Origin: an uncultured Bdellovibrionales bacterium
Lineage (GTDB): Bacteria; Myxococcota; XYA12-FULL-58-9; CAYHNK01
DNA length: 48,026 bases
Direction: 5' to 3'
NCBI GenBank assembly: GCA_964357695.1
Contig: CAYHNK010000003.1
Location: 1-48,026 of the forward strand
Part shown: one piece after another, positions 1-9,124 of the stretch
Layout of the letters: every line of letters starts with the position of its first letter
Numbering within the stretch: the stretch's first letter is position 1
Position numbers and translations under genes: made by a program
The notes under the pieces: model-generated
What the model was told of the DNA's origin: nothing
Databases searched by the model: none
The model's input: the letters and a program-made list of their open reading frames with translations, nothing else

Positions 1-196
1 TCGAAGGCCGCGATCGACTACCGTGGTGCGGCGGCTCCTCAGGGACGCGGCTCTCCTCAGCCCGACTTTGCGGATCCGCGCCCGGTAGGCGGGGCGCTCC
101 ATGTGTGCTAGTGATAACCCCTTTATGAGAGCGGGAAAAGACCAGATTGCAACCCCCGGGGTTTCCTGTCGCACCAAGGACAGCACCACGCGGGCG

Positions 197-856
197 ATGG
201 CTTTGACTTTGCTGGCCGCGACGACGATCGCCTCGGGCTGTGGCGCTACTGCGCGGGCGCGCGTGCCGTGGAGTAGCGCTCGTCAATGGATCGCACCCAC
301 GGACGGGACCTCGCCGGGCCACGCCGCAGCCGCTGGCGCACCGATCGACGATGAGCAGGCCCGCTGGCTCGCGACGCGCCTCGATGAGGGTCGCCCTGTC
401 GAGCCGCTCGAGCTCGATGAGCGCGAGTTTCAGCCGGTGCTGCTCGATCCCGCGGCGAGTGGGAAAGTGACCGTGCTGGTCTTTTTTGCCACTTGGTGTC
501 CGCACTGCCGCATCGAGATGCCGCGGCTCGTGCGCTTTGCCGCGAGCCTTGTGGCGCAGCCCGAGCTTGCTGCCAACGTGCAGATCATCGGTGTGCGCAC
601 GTCCGTTGAGCGCGAGCGCGAGCCTTTCGAAGATTTTGTCGCTGCCTTCCAGCCTTCATTCCCCATCTACACCGACCCGACCATGTCCCTGGCGTTTGTG
701 CGCTTTGCCCGCGCACTCGGCATCCAGCCCCTGCTGCCTGCCACCGTCGTGCTCGACCGAGGCGGCGTCGTGCGCTACGTGCTCCCCAAAGGAGACTTGA
801 CGGACGTCGAGAAGCTGCTCGGCTGGGCGGTGAAAGATCTGGCCAACAAGCCGTAG
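197..856 (+). CDS. TlpA/ResA-like thiol:disulfide oxidoreductase (thioredoxin fold), probable lipoprotein
   Basis: ORF 101..856. It has a thioredoxin-type CxxC active site (FFATWCPHCRIEMP). The in-frame ATG at 197 gives MALTLLAATTIASGC, a short signal peptide plus lipobox, so 197 is preferred to 101. The start remains uncertain. Confidence 0.8.
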   Translation: MALTLLAATTIASGCGATARARVPWSSARQWIAPTDGTSPGHAAAAGAPIDDEQARWLATRLDEGRPVEPLELDEREFQPVLLDPAASGKVTVLVFFATWCPHCRIEMPRLVRFAASLVAQPELAANVQIIGVRTSVEREREPFEDFVAAFQPSFPIYTDPTMSLAFVRFARALGIQPLLPATVVLDRGGVVRYVLPKGDLTDVEKLLGWAVKDLANKP

Positions 857-895
857 GCCCTTTTCTCGCCCGGCGATCTCCGCTACCTAGGGCCC

Positions 896-1975
896 ATGGC
901 ACCCTCCAAGAAGAAGAATTACGGCGACGGCGTTCACGACGGCCTCGTTCCACTCGCACCCATCGACGTCGCCACGTGCGGCACGATCGACGAGCTGTTG
1001 CGTGGGTACGCGCGCACCTCGTTCGGTGGCCGCACGGTAGGCGAGGGCGCCGAGGTCCTCGAGGCCATGATCCGCGACCCCAAGTGTCTCGTCGTCATGA
1101 CGCTCTCGGGCGCGATGACGGTGGCCAAGCAAGGCCTACTCGTCTGCGAGATGATCGATCGCGGTTGGGTGCAAGCGGTCATCTCCACCGGCGCGCTCAT
1201 GGCGCACGGCTTTGTGGAAGGCAGCGGCGGCGCGCATTTCAAGTACGACCGCAAGATGAGCGACCATGAGCTCTACGAGCGCGGTTACGATCGCGTCTAC
1301 GACACGCTCGAGCTGGAGCAGAATCTCGACGACATCGATGTCATCGTGCGCAACGCCATCGAGAAGCTGCCCGAAGACACGGTGCTGCACTCGAAGCTCA
1401 TCTTCCACGAGCTCGGTCGCTGGCTGGACGAGAACACGCCCGAAGAAGCGCGCTCGATCTTGAAGAGCGCCTACCGCAAGAACGTACCCGTGTTCGTGCC
1501 CGCGTTCACCGACTCGGAGCTGGGACTCGATGTGGCTCTTATGAACCGCGTGCGCGTCAAAGAAGGCAAGGCGCGCCGACCCTTCGATCCGTTCCTCGAT
1601 CTCGAAGCCTATGCGAGCTTTGTCGGCGTGCAGGAGCGCACCGGCATCTTCACCATCGGTGGCGGCGTGCCGCGCAACTGGGCGCAGCAGCTCGGACCAT
1701 TTCTCGATCTGGTCGAAAAGCGCATGGGCAAAGAAGGGCGCGGCTTTCGCTTTCGCTACGCCCTGCGTATCTGTCCCGAGCCCTCACACTGGGGCGGTCT
1801 GTCGGGCTGCACCTACTCCGAGGGTGTCAGCTGGGGCAAGTTCCTCCCCGAGCACGAAGGCGGACGTTTCTCCGAGATCCTCGCGGATGCGACGATTGTC
1901 TGGCCGCTGCTCGTGCGTGGCATGATCGAGCGCATCGGCGACGTGGAGATCAAAAAGACGCTCGTGCCGAGCTGA
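896..1975 (+). CDS. deoxyhypusine synthase family protein (DHS-like / homospermidine-synthase-like)
   Basis: 359-aa ORF with high GC3. It carries DHS-family blocks recognised by eye: TLSGAMT, AVISTGALMAHG, FTIGGGVPRNW, and EGVSWGKF containing the conserved Lys. Confidence 0.85.
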   Translation: MAPSKKKNYGDGVHDGLVPLAPIDVATCGTIDELLRGYARTSFGGRTVGEGAEVLEAMIRDPKCLVVMTLSGAMTVAKQGLLVCEMIDRGWVQAVISTGALMAHGFVEGSGGAHFKYDRKMSDHELYERGYDRVYDTLELEQNLDDIDVIVRNAIEKLPEDTVLHSKLIFHELGRWLDENTPEEARSILKSAYRKNVPVFVPAFTDSELGLDVALMNRVRVKEGKARRPFDPFLDLEAYASFVGVQERTGIFTIGGGVPRNWAQQLGPFLDLVEKRMGKEGRGFRFRYALRICPEPSHWGGLSGCTYSEGVSWGKFLPEHEGGRFSEILADATIVWPLLVRGMIERIGDVEIKKTLVPS

Positions 1976-1980
1976 CGCCG

Positions 1981-3018
1981 TCACCGCCGAAAATACTCCA
2001 CCTGCCATTTTTGCACCGCGCGATTGTGACAATCGAGCGTGGCGCAGAACTCGTGGTGACCGTTGTTCTTGGAGACAAAGAAGAAATCCTTGCAGGTCTC
2101 GGGCGCGACGACCGCTTCGAGCGCGGCGCGGCCGGGGCTGGCGATGGGCCCGGGCGGCAGGCCGTAGATGCGGTAGGTGTTGTAGGCGCTGTCGAGCTCG
2201 CGCAGATGTTGGCGCGTGAGATTGCCGTCAAAGTGCGGGTCGGCGAGTGTCGCGGCGTAGATCACCGTCGGATCGGTTTGTAACCGCCAGCGCGGCTTGC
2301 CGACGAGGCGATTGTAAAAGACGCAAGCGATGCGTGGTCGCTCGACGGCGGCGCCCGTTTCCTTTTCGACAATCGAGGCGAGGGTGACGAGCTCGCGGGT
2401 CGAGAGCGCCAGGGGCCCCGTGCCACCGCGCGCCGTCACCTCGGTGTAGGTTGCGTGAAAGCGATCGAGCAACATGCCCATGAGCTCACGGGCGGGTACG
2501 CCACGAGCAAGTGAGTAGGTCTCGGGAAAAAGATAGCCATCGCAGCTCGGGCCGGGCACGGCGTGGGCGGCGAGAAAGTCGCGATCGTCACACAGACAAT
2601 CAAAATCTTCCGCGCGTAGCCACTTCTCGGCGACGAGCTTGTCACGTACCTGCCAGCGATTGAGTCCCTCGGGGATGACGAGGCTCCACAGCTTGATGCG
2701 ACCTTCGCCGAGCATCTTGAGCAACAGGCGCGGCGTCAGGGTGGGCGAGATCTCGTACTCGCCGGCAAGCACCGTGGTCGCGCGGGTGAGTCGGGCATAG
2801 AGATACAAGAGCTTCGGATGGGCGAGGATCTTCTCATCGCCAAGGCGCATGAGGGTCGGTCGCAGTGCCGCGCCTTTGGGCACGACCAAGAGCGTCACGG
2901 GGGTCGCGCCGAGCGGCTGATCGAGCTCGTGCAAAGCGAGCGCGCTGAGCACGCCGCCCACGACCAGCAGCAAGAGCAGTGCGCCCCCGAGACTACTCGC
3001 CACACGCACGCGTTTCAT
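1981..3018 (-). CDS. mltG: endolytic murein transglycosylase MltG (YceG-like)
   Basis: 345 aa with an N-terminal TM helix (GGALLLLLVVGGVLSAL). YceG blocks are present: LASIVEKETG and AYNTYRIYGLPPGPIASPG. The start overlaps the ruvX stop by 4 nt. Confidence 0.85.
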   Translation of the reverse strand: MKRVRVASSLGGALLLLLVVGGVLSALALHELDQPLGATPVTLLVVPKGAALRPTLMRLGDEKILAHPKLLYLYARLTRATTVLAGEYEISPTLTPRLLLKMLGEGRIKLWSLVIPEGLNRWQVRDKLVAEKWLRAEDFDCLCDDRDFLAAHAVPGPSCDGYLFPETYSLARGVPARELMGMLLDRFHATYTEVTARGGTGPLALSTRELVTLASIVEKETGAAVERPRIACVFYNRLVGKPRWRLQTDPTVIYAATLADPHFDGNLTRQHLRELDSAYNTYRIYGLPPGPIASPGRAALEAVVAPETCKDFFFVSKNNGHHEFCATLDCHNRAVQKWQVEYFRR

Positions 3019-3428
3019 ACCGACCTCGCGTCGAGATACGACTGGAGAATGAGAGCCGCCGCCACTTTGTCGATGCGCTCGCGGCGAGCTTCGCGTCGCA
3101 CACCCGCGTCGATCATCGTGCGCTCGGCAAGCGCCGTCGTCATGCGCTCATCCCACGTTTCGATGGGCACGCTGACCTTCTGTCGTAGCTTGTCGACAAA
3201 ATGCATGATGGCATGCACCGCCTCGCCCGCGGAGCCATCGAGCTGCGAGGGCAGTCCCACGACGATGCCTTCGACCTCGTACTCGATGACGAGCGCGGCG
3301 ATGCGCTTGAAGGGATCGTCGCGCTTGCGAAGGATGACCTCGAGCGGTTGCGCGATCATGCCGAGCGGATCGCTCAACGCCACACCGACGCGGACGCGAC
3401 CCGCATCGATTCCCAGAAGGCGCTTCAT
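3015..3428 (-). CDS. ruvX: putative pre-16S rRNA nuclease / Holliday junction resolvase-like RuvX (YqgF)
   Basis: 137 aa. The N-terminal LGIDAGRVRVGVALSD motif and the size are typical of the YqgF family. It lies in an operon with mltG, as in many bacteria. Confidence 0.85.
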   Translation of the reverse strand: MKRLLGIDAGRVRVGVALSDPLGMIAQPLEVILRKRDDPFKRIAALVIEYEVEGIVVGLPSQLDGSAGEAVHAIMHFVDKLRQKVSVPIETWDERMTTALAERTMIDAGVRREARRERIDKVAAALILQSYLDARSV

Positions 3429-3443
3429 GGTGAAAAGAGGCAG

Positions 3444-4052
3444 CTACTCTTGCAGCTTGCCGAGGCGGGATTCGACCTGGGCGAGGCGCTTGCGGATCTC
3501 ATCAATCTCACGGCCGAGATTGGCGTAGACGGTCACAGCACCGACGCCGCCTTTGACGCGCTCCTCAACGCCCTTCTGCAAATCGTCGACCATTTTTTGC
3601 GTTGTCGCTACCCAATCGGTGAGCAGATGCTTGGTGCTGGCAAACGCGCCACCATCACCACCCTCACCGCCCGTTGTTTTGCGCGTGATGACGCGATCGA
3701 GGCGGTGCTCCCACTCGTGGCGCAGCTTGTCCGCGGCCTCGCGCAGCTCGGAGGCCTTGGCCTGCACCTTGTCGACGCGCTCGCGCGCCAATTGCCCGAG
3801 CGTCTCGCCGCTGCCTTGCACGAGATCACGCAAGAGCCCCAAGGGCATGAAGCTCTTTTTCTTCTCCGCTTCGAAAATGATCTGGGCGAGCGTCACGCTC
3901 GTGAGGTCTTCGCCGCTCTTGTTGTCGATAACGCGCACTTCCTCACCGGTCTTGATCATGCCGGCGATGTCATCGAGGGTGACGTAGCAGCTGCGTTCGG
4001 TGTCGTAGAGCTTGCGATTGGCGTAACGCTTGACGGTTTTCGGTCCTGGCAT
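3444..4052 (-). CDS. phaR: polyhydroxyalkanoate synthesis repressor PhaR
   Basis: KRYANRKLYDTERSCYVTLDDIAGMIKTGEEVRVIDNKSGEDLTSVTLAQIIFE matches the conserved PhaR N-terminal domain. The ORF opens at a TTG (4079); the first ATG (4052) is used here. Confidence 0.8.
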   Translation of the reverse strand: MPGPKTVKRYANRKLYDTERSCYVTLDDIAGMIKTGEEVRVIDNKSGEDLTSVTLAQIIFEAEKKKSFMPLGLLRDLVQGSGETLGQLARERVDKVQAKASELREAADKLRHEWEHRLDRVITRKTTGGEGGDGGAFASTKHLLTDWVATTQKMVDDLQKGVEERVKGGVGAVTVYANLGREIDEIRKRLAQVESRLGKLQE

Positions 4053-4092
4053 GAGCGTGCCAGTAGCACGCAAGCGCAAACAGGGTCAAGCG

Positions 4093-4168
4093 TGGTGCCC
4101 AGGGACGGAATTGAACCGCCGACACGGGGATTTTCAGTCCCCTGCTCTACCAACTGAGCTACCTGGGC
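4093..4168 (-). tRNA. tRNA-Phe (anticodon GAA)
   Basis: The reverse complement reads GCCCAGGTAGCTCAGTTGGTAGAGCAGGGGACTGAAAATCCCCGTGTCGGCGGTTCAATTCCGTCCCTGGGCACCA. This is 76 nt with a canonical cloverleaf, anticodon loop CTGAAAA (GAA) and an encoded CCA. A TTGACT hexamer on the minus strand at 4203-4208 could be its -35 element (weak). Confidence 0.95.
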
Positions 4169-4269
4169 AGCGGTTGGAGGAGTACCTTTTCGACCCGGTA
4201 AAAGTCAAGCCGCACGAAACGATGTCGGCCGGGTGGACCGGCCGTGCGCGCACGGATAGTGTGTCTCCC

Positions 4270-5019
4270 ATGTCTGCCAAGTCCGTGGTGCCTGACGCTC
4301 CGGCATTGCTCGCGCAATTGCGCGAGGCCTATCCGGGCGCCACGTGCGCACTCCACCATCGTTCGCCCTTTGAGCTGCTCGTTGCCACCATCCTCTCGGC
4401 GCAGTGCACCGATGAGCGCGTTAATCGGGTGACACCCGCGCTCTTTGCCCGCTATCCGACGCCGAGCGCGCTCGCGCGTGCGACGCAAGAGGACCTCGAA
4501 GGCCTCGTGCGCTCCACGGGATTCTTTCGCAACAAGGCCAAGAATCTCATCGCGATGTCGCAGCAGCTCGTCGAGCGACATCATGGCGAGGTGCCCAACG
4601 CTCTCGCAGAGCTCGTGGAGCTGGCGGGCGTGGCGCGCAAGACTGCCAACGTCGTCACCGGCACGGCCTTCGGCATGGCGACCGGCATCGTCGTCGACAC
4701 CCACGTCACGCGCTTGAGTCAGCTCTTGGGGCTCACGCGTGAGCGCGATCCGGAGAAGATCGAGCGAGATCTCATGCAGCGCTTCGATCGCACCGCCTGG
4801 ATCGAGCTGAGCCACCTGCTCATTCTGCACGGTCGTCGGGTGTGCATTGCGCGCCGCCCGCGCTGCGGCGAGTGCACGCTCGCGTCGCTGTGTCCGTCGG
4901 CAGGTAGCGTCAGCTCGGCGGCAGCTCGGACAACGCCTCGCCGCTCGTCTTCATCAGCGCCGAAGCCTCGTCGAGCGCCCGGCTCGCCGACTGCACCGCG
5001 TGCTCGTCGCCCTTCTTGA
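4270..5019 (+). CDS. nth: endonuclease III (Nth), with a C-terminal extension
   Basis: SPFELLVATILSAQCTDERVN is present, together with the HhH-GPD region LVELAGVARKTANVV and the 4Fe-4S loop CIARRPRCGECTLASLC. The ORF opens at 4030 but that part overlaps the tRNA. Candidate ATG starts are 4222 and 4270. Confidence 0.85.
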   Translation: MSAKSVVPDAPALLAQLREAYPGATCALHHRSPFELLVATILSAQCTDERVNRVTPALFARYPTPSALARATQEDLEGLVRSTGFFRNKAKNLIAMSQQLVERHHGEVPNALAELVELAGVARKTANVVTGTAFGMATGIVVDTHVTRLSQLLGLTRERDPEKIERDLMQRFDRTAWIELSHLLILHGRRVCIARRPRCGECTLASLCPSAGSVSSAAARTTPRRSSSSAPKPRRAPGSPTAPRARRPS

Positions 5020-5419
5020 AGGCGACGACGAGCTGACGCACGCCCTCGGCGTAGAGCGTCAAACCCTTGTTGAGCGCGGTCACATCCAGGCGCTCGGGTG
5101 GCGCGAGGCCGCGCTGAAGCTTGACCCGTAAGGTCGCACGCACCTGATTGACGACCACGAGCAGCAGCTCGAAGGTCTGCACGCGCAGCTCGGCGATATC
5201 ATCGGCGAGCTGCATGGCTACGACGTCGCGGTCTTCGCCGCGCCCAGCCCCGCGGTGCAGGCGCTCGAGCGCGAGCGTGAGCTGCTTTTGCAGTGGCTTG
5301 ATGCGTGCATTACCGGCGCTGCGAAAGGCCTCGACGACGCCTTCGAGATAGCGCAGTTGCTCCTCGGGCGGCGAGCTGGGCGTGGGGGGAGAAGGCAGCG
5401 CGGCGAACGGATTGTCCAT
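4910..5419 (-). CDS. hypothetical all-helical protein
   Basis: 169-aa ORF with balanced composition and high GC3 in this frame. It lies 19 nt downstream of the LysM gene on the same strand. I recognised no family. Confidence 0.6.
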   Translation of the reverse strand: MDNPFAALPSPPTPSSPPEEQLRYLEGVVEAFRSAGNARIKPLQKQLTLALERLHRGAGRGEDRDVVAMQLADDIAELRVQTFELLLVVVNQVRATLRVKLQRGLAPPERLDVTALNKGLTLYAEGVRQLVVAFKKGDEHAVQSASRALDEASALMKTSGEALSELPPS

Positions 5420-5438
5420 GGGGGCCTGGCCCGCTCGG

Positions 5439-6347
5439 TCAGCTCGCGGGCTTTTCCAGCAGCGGCCTGAGCGGCTGCTCTTGTTCTTGCGTCACCGGTG
5501 GTTTCTTCTTGGCGTCAGCCTCGGACTCGGGTCTCTTGGCCTCTTTGCCTCCGGACATCATGCTGCGCATGAACAACGTGAGACCGCCGATGGCGACGAG
5601 CTGACTGATCCCCGTCCATGCGCCGACCGCCATGAGCAGACCGCCGCCGAGCGCACCCAAGTCGAAGCCCTTGCCGTCTTTGTCACCACTGAGCCACCCG
5701 GCAATCACCGTGCCGAGCGCCACGATGGCACCGACGGCCCCGACAAGGACGCCGAGGGAGGGCCAAAAGGCCGGCACCAGCGCGAGTGCGCCCGTGACGA
5801 CGGGGTTATCGAGCAGCCCCTTCAACATGCCGAAGGCCTTCTGCGCGAGTCCCTCGGTGGTCTCCTTCGCGTCGCCAGTCGGCGCCTTCTTCTCCGGCGG
5901 CTCGATGCCCTTGCTTGCCGCGGTGGGTCCGCCGTTCTCGGGTGTTTTGCCTGTCGGAGTACCGCGGCCGCTCACCTCGTCGGTCATCGGTGTGGGCTTG
6001 GGGGGGCCCTGGGGCTCACCGGTCGTTGCCACGCCGAGCCGTCGGACCACGGACTGCGGCACGGTGAGCCTCTCGCCGGTGAGGATGAGGTCGGGGTCGC
6101 GACCTTTGTCGTCGGTTGGGGTCAAGCCCCGGCCATACTTGCCGTTCCAGTCAAAGTTGTTGAGTCCGTTGAGCTCGCGCAGCTCTTCAGGCCTGACACC
6201 CCACCGCGCTGCGAGCCCCGACAACGTGTCGCCCGGCTGCACCGTGTACTTGCCATCGGTGCCGATGTGCTCACCCGCGGGGTTCTTGGTGCCCTCACTC
6301 GGCTGGGACACGGATACGGTAGGCGACTTGACCTGCATTTCAGCCAT
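5439..6347 (-). CDS. LysM domain membrane protein
   Basis: The LysM motif YTVQPGDTLSGLAARWGVRPEELRELNGL...LILTGERLTVP is present. It is followed by a Pro/Gly/Thr-rich linker and then Gly-rich hydrophobic segments (ALALVPAFWPSLGVLVGAVGAIVALGTVIAGWL, LGGGLLMAVGAWTGISQLVAIGGLTLF). Confidence 0.7.
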   Translation of the reverse strand: MAEMQVKSPTVSVSQPSEGTKNPAGEHIGTDGKYTVQPGDTLSGLAARWGVRPEELRELNGLNNFDWNGKYGRGLTPTDDKGRDPDLILTGERLTVPQSVVRRLGVATTGEPQGPPKPTPMTDEVSGRGTPTGKTPENGGPTAASKGIEPPEKKAPTGDAKETTEGLAQKAFGMLKGLLDNPVVTGALALVPAFWPSLGVLVGAVGAIVALGTVIAGWLSGDKDGKGFDLGALGGGLLMAVGAWTGISQLVAIGGLTLFMRSMMSGGKEAKRPESEADAKKKPPVTQEQEQPLRPLLEKPAS

Positions 6348-6437
6348 GATTGACTCCGTCGACTATTCTACCTACGACGCCCCTTTTATAGCACGCCGCG
6401 CGCGTCCTCGGCCAAGAAAGTTGTAAGCTCAAGGTTC

Positions 6438-8729
6438 TTACACCTCCACCGCCTCTGTGGCTCGATTCTTGGCGGCTTCGGCACCTGCGGTTTCGAGCAC
6501 AATCTCGTCATCGCGCACATCCACCGACACTTCGCCGCCCTGCGCCAGCTTACCGAAGAGGATCTCGTCCGCGAGCTGGCGGCGCAGCACCTTATCGATG
6601 AGGCGTCCCATGGGCCGTGCGCCGTGCTTGCGGTCGTAGCCGTGGCTGGCGAGCCAGTCGCGTGCCGCATCCGAGAGCTGCAAGGAGATCTTCTTGTCGC
6701 CGAGCTGCGCTTCGAGCTCGCCGACGAGCTTGTCGACCACCTGCAAGGTGACCTCGGGAGTCAAGTGATCGAAGGTGATCCAGCCGTCGAGACGATTGCG
6801 AAACTCCGGCGCGAAAGTACGTTCAATGGCGCCCTTGGCATCGGTCGACACCGGAGCATCACCAAAGCCGATGGCATTGGCGGCGAGATCGTGCGCCCCA
6901 GCGTTGGTTGTCATGATGACGACGACGTTGCGAAAGTCCGCCTTGCGCCCATTGTTGTCGGTGAGCGTCGCATGGTCCATGACCTGCAAGAGGATATTGA
7001 ATAGATCGGGGTGGGCCTTTTCGATCTCGTCCAAGATGAGCACGGCGTAGGGGTTCTTGATGATGGCGTCGGTGAGCAGCCCCCCTTGGTCAAAGCCCAC
7101 GTACCCTGGCGGTGCGCCGATGAGCCGCGACACAGTGTGCTTCTCCATGTACTCGCTCATGTCAAAGCGCAACAGCTCGATGCCAAGCGCGCGGGCGAGC
7201 TGGCGGGCGAGCTCGGTCTTACCGACGCCGGTCGGGCCCGAGAAGAGAAACGAGCCCACGGGGCGCTCTGGGGCGCCAAGACCCGCGCGTGACAGCTTGA
7301 TGGCCGAGACGAGCGTGCCGATGGCCTTGTCCTGGCCGTAGATGACGAGCTTGAGATCGCGCTCGAGCGTCGCCAGGCGCTCCTTGTCGGAGGTCGACAC
7401 CGTGCGCGGCGGTACGCGGGCCATCTTGGCGACGACGGTTTCGATCTCCTTGGGGCGAATATGCTTGGGGCGCTTGGCGACCGGCAGAAGTCGTGCCGCG
7501 GCACCCGCCTCGTCGATGACGTCGATGGCCTTATCGGGGAGGTGTCGATCGTTGATGTACTTGGCCGACAGCTCGGCCGCCGCGCGAATCGCCGGGCGCG
7601 TGTAGCTAACGCCGTGATGGCCTTCGTAGTGCTTTTTGAGCCCCTCCAAGATCAAGATAGTTTCGGCCACGGAGGGCTCTTTGATTTCGATCTTCTGAAA
7701 GCGCCGTGCGAGGGCCCGGTCGCGCTCGAACGCCCCCTGAAACTCCTTGTAGGTCGTCGAGCCGATGCAGCGCAGCTCGCCAGCGGCGAGGGCCGGTTTG
7801 AGAATGTTGGAGGCATCGAGTGTGCCGCCACTGACCGCTCCCGCACCGACGATGGTGTGGATTTCATCGATAAAGAGAATGGCGTTCGGCCGCGCGATGA
7901 TGGCGGCGATGACGGCCTTCAATCGCTGCTCGAACTCGCCGCGAAACTTGGTGCCGGCAATCAGCGCGCCCATATCCAGCGCGAACACCTCGGCGTCGGC
8001 GAGCAAATCGGGCACGTTGCCCTCGTGAATGGCGAGCGCCAGGCCCTCGGCAATGGCGGTCTTGCCGACGCCTGGCTCACCGACGAACACCGGATTGTTT
8101 TTGCGTCGCCGACACAGGACGTGCACCGTGCGCGTAATCTCCTCCTCGCGACCGATGAGTGGATCGATCTTGCCGGCCGCGGCCTTCTCGACGAGGCTCA
8201 CCGTAAAGGCCGCAAGCGGATCGCGTTGCGTGCGACGACCGGTCCCGGCTTCGTCGGCTTCCTCGTCTTCTGAAGCCTCGAGCGTGCCGCCGTCGCCTGC
8301 GACCTTCGAGACGCCGTGCGAGATGTACTCGAGGATATCGAGACGACTGACCCCCTGCTTCTTGAGCAAGTACACGGCAAACGATTCGGACTCGCGGTAC
8401 ATGGCCGCGAGCACGTCGCCGGCCTCGATCTCCTTTTTTCCCGAGGACTGCACGTGGATGGCGGCGCGCTGGAGCACGCGCGTCACCGCCATCGTCTGTT
8501 CCATCTCCAGCTCGACGCCGTCGGGAACGGTGGGCAGCGTGCCGAGGTGCCCTACGAGATCCTCAGTGAGTGTCTTCAAGTCGGCGCCGCATTGCAGCAG
8601 TACTTGTGAGGCATGTGCTTCGGTGAGCATGGCGTAGAGCAGGTGCTCGAGCGTCACCATCTCGTGCCGCCGCGCGCGCGCCTCTTGCACGGCGAGGCTG
8701 AACGCAATTTCGAGCTCCTTGGCAATCAT
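6438..8729 (-). CDS. clpA: ATP-dependent Clp protease ATP-binding subunit ClpA
   Basis: 763 aa with an N-terminal Clp repeat domain and two AAA+ modules. The Walker A motifs are GEPGVGKTA and GPTGVGKTE. There is a 4-nt ATGA overlap with clpS. Confidence 0.95.
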   Translation of the reverse strand: MIAKELEIAFSLAVQEARARRHEMVTLEHLLYAMLTEAHASQVLLQCGADLKTLTEDLVGHLGTLPTVPDGVELEMEQTMAVTRVLQRAAIHVQSSGKKEIEAGDVLAAMYRESESFAVYLLKKQGVSRLDILEYISHGVSKVAGDGGTLEASEDEEADEAGTGRRTQRDPLAAFTVSLVEKAAAGKIDPLIGREEEITRTVHVLCRRRKNNPVFVGEPGVGKTAIAEGLALAIHEGNVPDLLADAEVFALDMGALIAGTKFRGEFEQRLKAVIAAIIARPNAILFIDEIHTIVGAGAVSGGTLDASNILKPALAAGELRCIGSTTYKEFQGAFERDRALARRFQKIEIKEPSVAETILILEGLKKHYEGHHGVSYTRPAIRAAAELSAKYINDRHLPDKAIDVIDEAGAAARLLPVAKRPKHIRPKEIETVVAKMARVPPRTVSTSDKERLATLERDLKLVIYGQDKAIGTLVSAIKLSRAGLGAPERPVGSFLFSGPTGVGKTELARQLARALGIELLRFDMSEYMEKHTVSRLIGAPPGYVGFDQGGLLTDAIIKNPYAVLILDEIEKAHPDLFNILLQVMDHATLTDNNGRKADFRNVVVIMTTNAGAHDLAANAIGFGDAPVSTDAKGAIERTFAPEFRNRLDGWITFDHLTPEVTLQVVDKLVGELEAQLGDKKISLQLSDAARDWLASHGYDRKHGARPMGRLIDKVLRRQLADEILFGKLAQGGEVSVDVRDDEIVLETAGAEAAKNRATEAVEV

Positions 8730-9061
8730 TCGGCAGGCTCCACGGTGCAGCGCAGGGGAAATTCGTTTTGTCGCGCCTCCTGCATCACCTTCGCCGCTTT
8801 GGTCTCGGCGATCTCATAGGTGAAAACGCCAGCGACGCCCACGCCTTGCTGATGCACGTGCAGCATGATGCGCACGGCTTCGGGCTCGGCGTGGCGAAAG
8901 ATACTCGTCAGTACATGCACGACAAACTCCATGGTCGTGTAGTTGTCGTTGTGCAACAGCACGCGGTAGAGCTGGGGCCTTTTGACCTTCTTCTCGGTCT
9001 CGGTGGCGACAGCTTCGCCACCCTGAGGCGCCCAGTCGTGGTCCGTATTCTTTTCGGCCAT
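8726..9061 (-). CDS. clpS: ATP-dependent Clp protease adaptor ClpS
   Basis: The conserved core is YRVLLHNDNYTTMEFVVHVLTSIF...A..IMLHVHQQGVGVAGVFTYEIAETK. The ORF opens at GTG 9079, but the following codons (TAT ATA CTT) are atypical, so ATG 9061 is used. Confidence 0.9.
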   Translation of the reverse strand: MAEKNTDHDWAPQGGEAVATETEKKVKRPQLYRVLLHNDNYTTMEFVVHVLTSIFRHAEPEAVRIMLHVHQQGVGVAGVFTYEIAETKAAKVMQEARQNEFPLRCTVEPAE

Positions 9062-9080
9062 CGCGACAAGTATATACACG

Positions 9081-9097
9081 CTGGCGCAGCGCGCCAG
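9081..9097 (-). terminator. GC-rich hairpin downstream of the outer-membrane barrel gene (candidate terminator)
   Basis: Perfect palindrome CTGGCGC-AGC-GCGCCAG (7-bp stem, 3-nt loop), 28 nt past the stop at 9125. There is no clean U-tract, so this is weak. Confidence 0.25.
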
Positions 9098-9124
9098 GGG
9101 AGACGATGCCGTAGGCGCGCGCGA

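Noticed and set aside
3201-4157. 318-aa plus-strand ORF.
   Set aside because: It runs antisense through ruvX and phaR and straight across the tRNA-Phe gene, so it cannot be a real CDS.
4093-4168. tRNA-Phe as a possible genomic-island integration site.
   Set aside because: Both flanks are housekeeping genes (phaR/ruvX/mltG and nth). I saw no integrase, no direct repeat of the tRNA 3' end and no compositional shift.
5382-6426. Plus-strand ORFs 5382..6353 (323 aa) and 5632..6426 (264 aa).
   Set aside because: They are antisense to the LysM gene, whose LysM motif is clear on the minus strand. The plus products are Pro/Ser/Arg/Gly-rich.
6422-6442. Hairpin TGTAAG-N9-CTTACA overlapping the clpA stop codon, as a possible terminator.
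   Set aside because: It has only a 6-bp AT-rich stem with a 9-nt loop and no clear U-tract, which is too weak to call.
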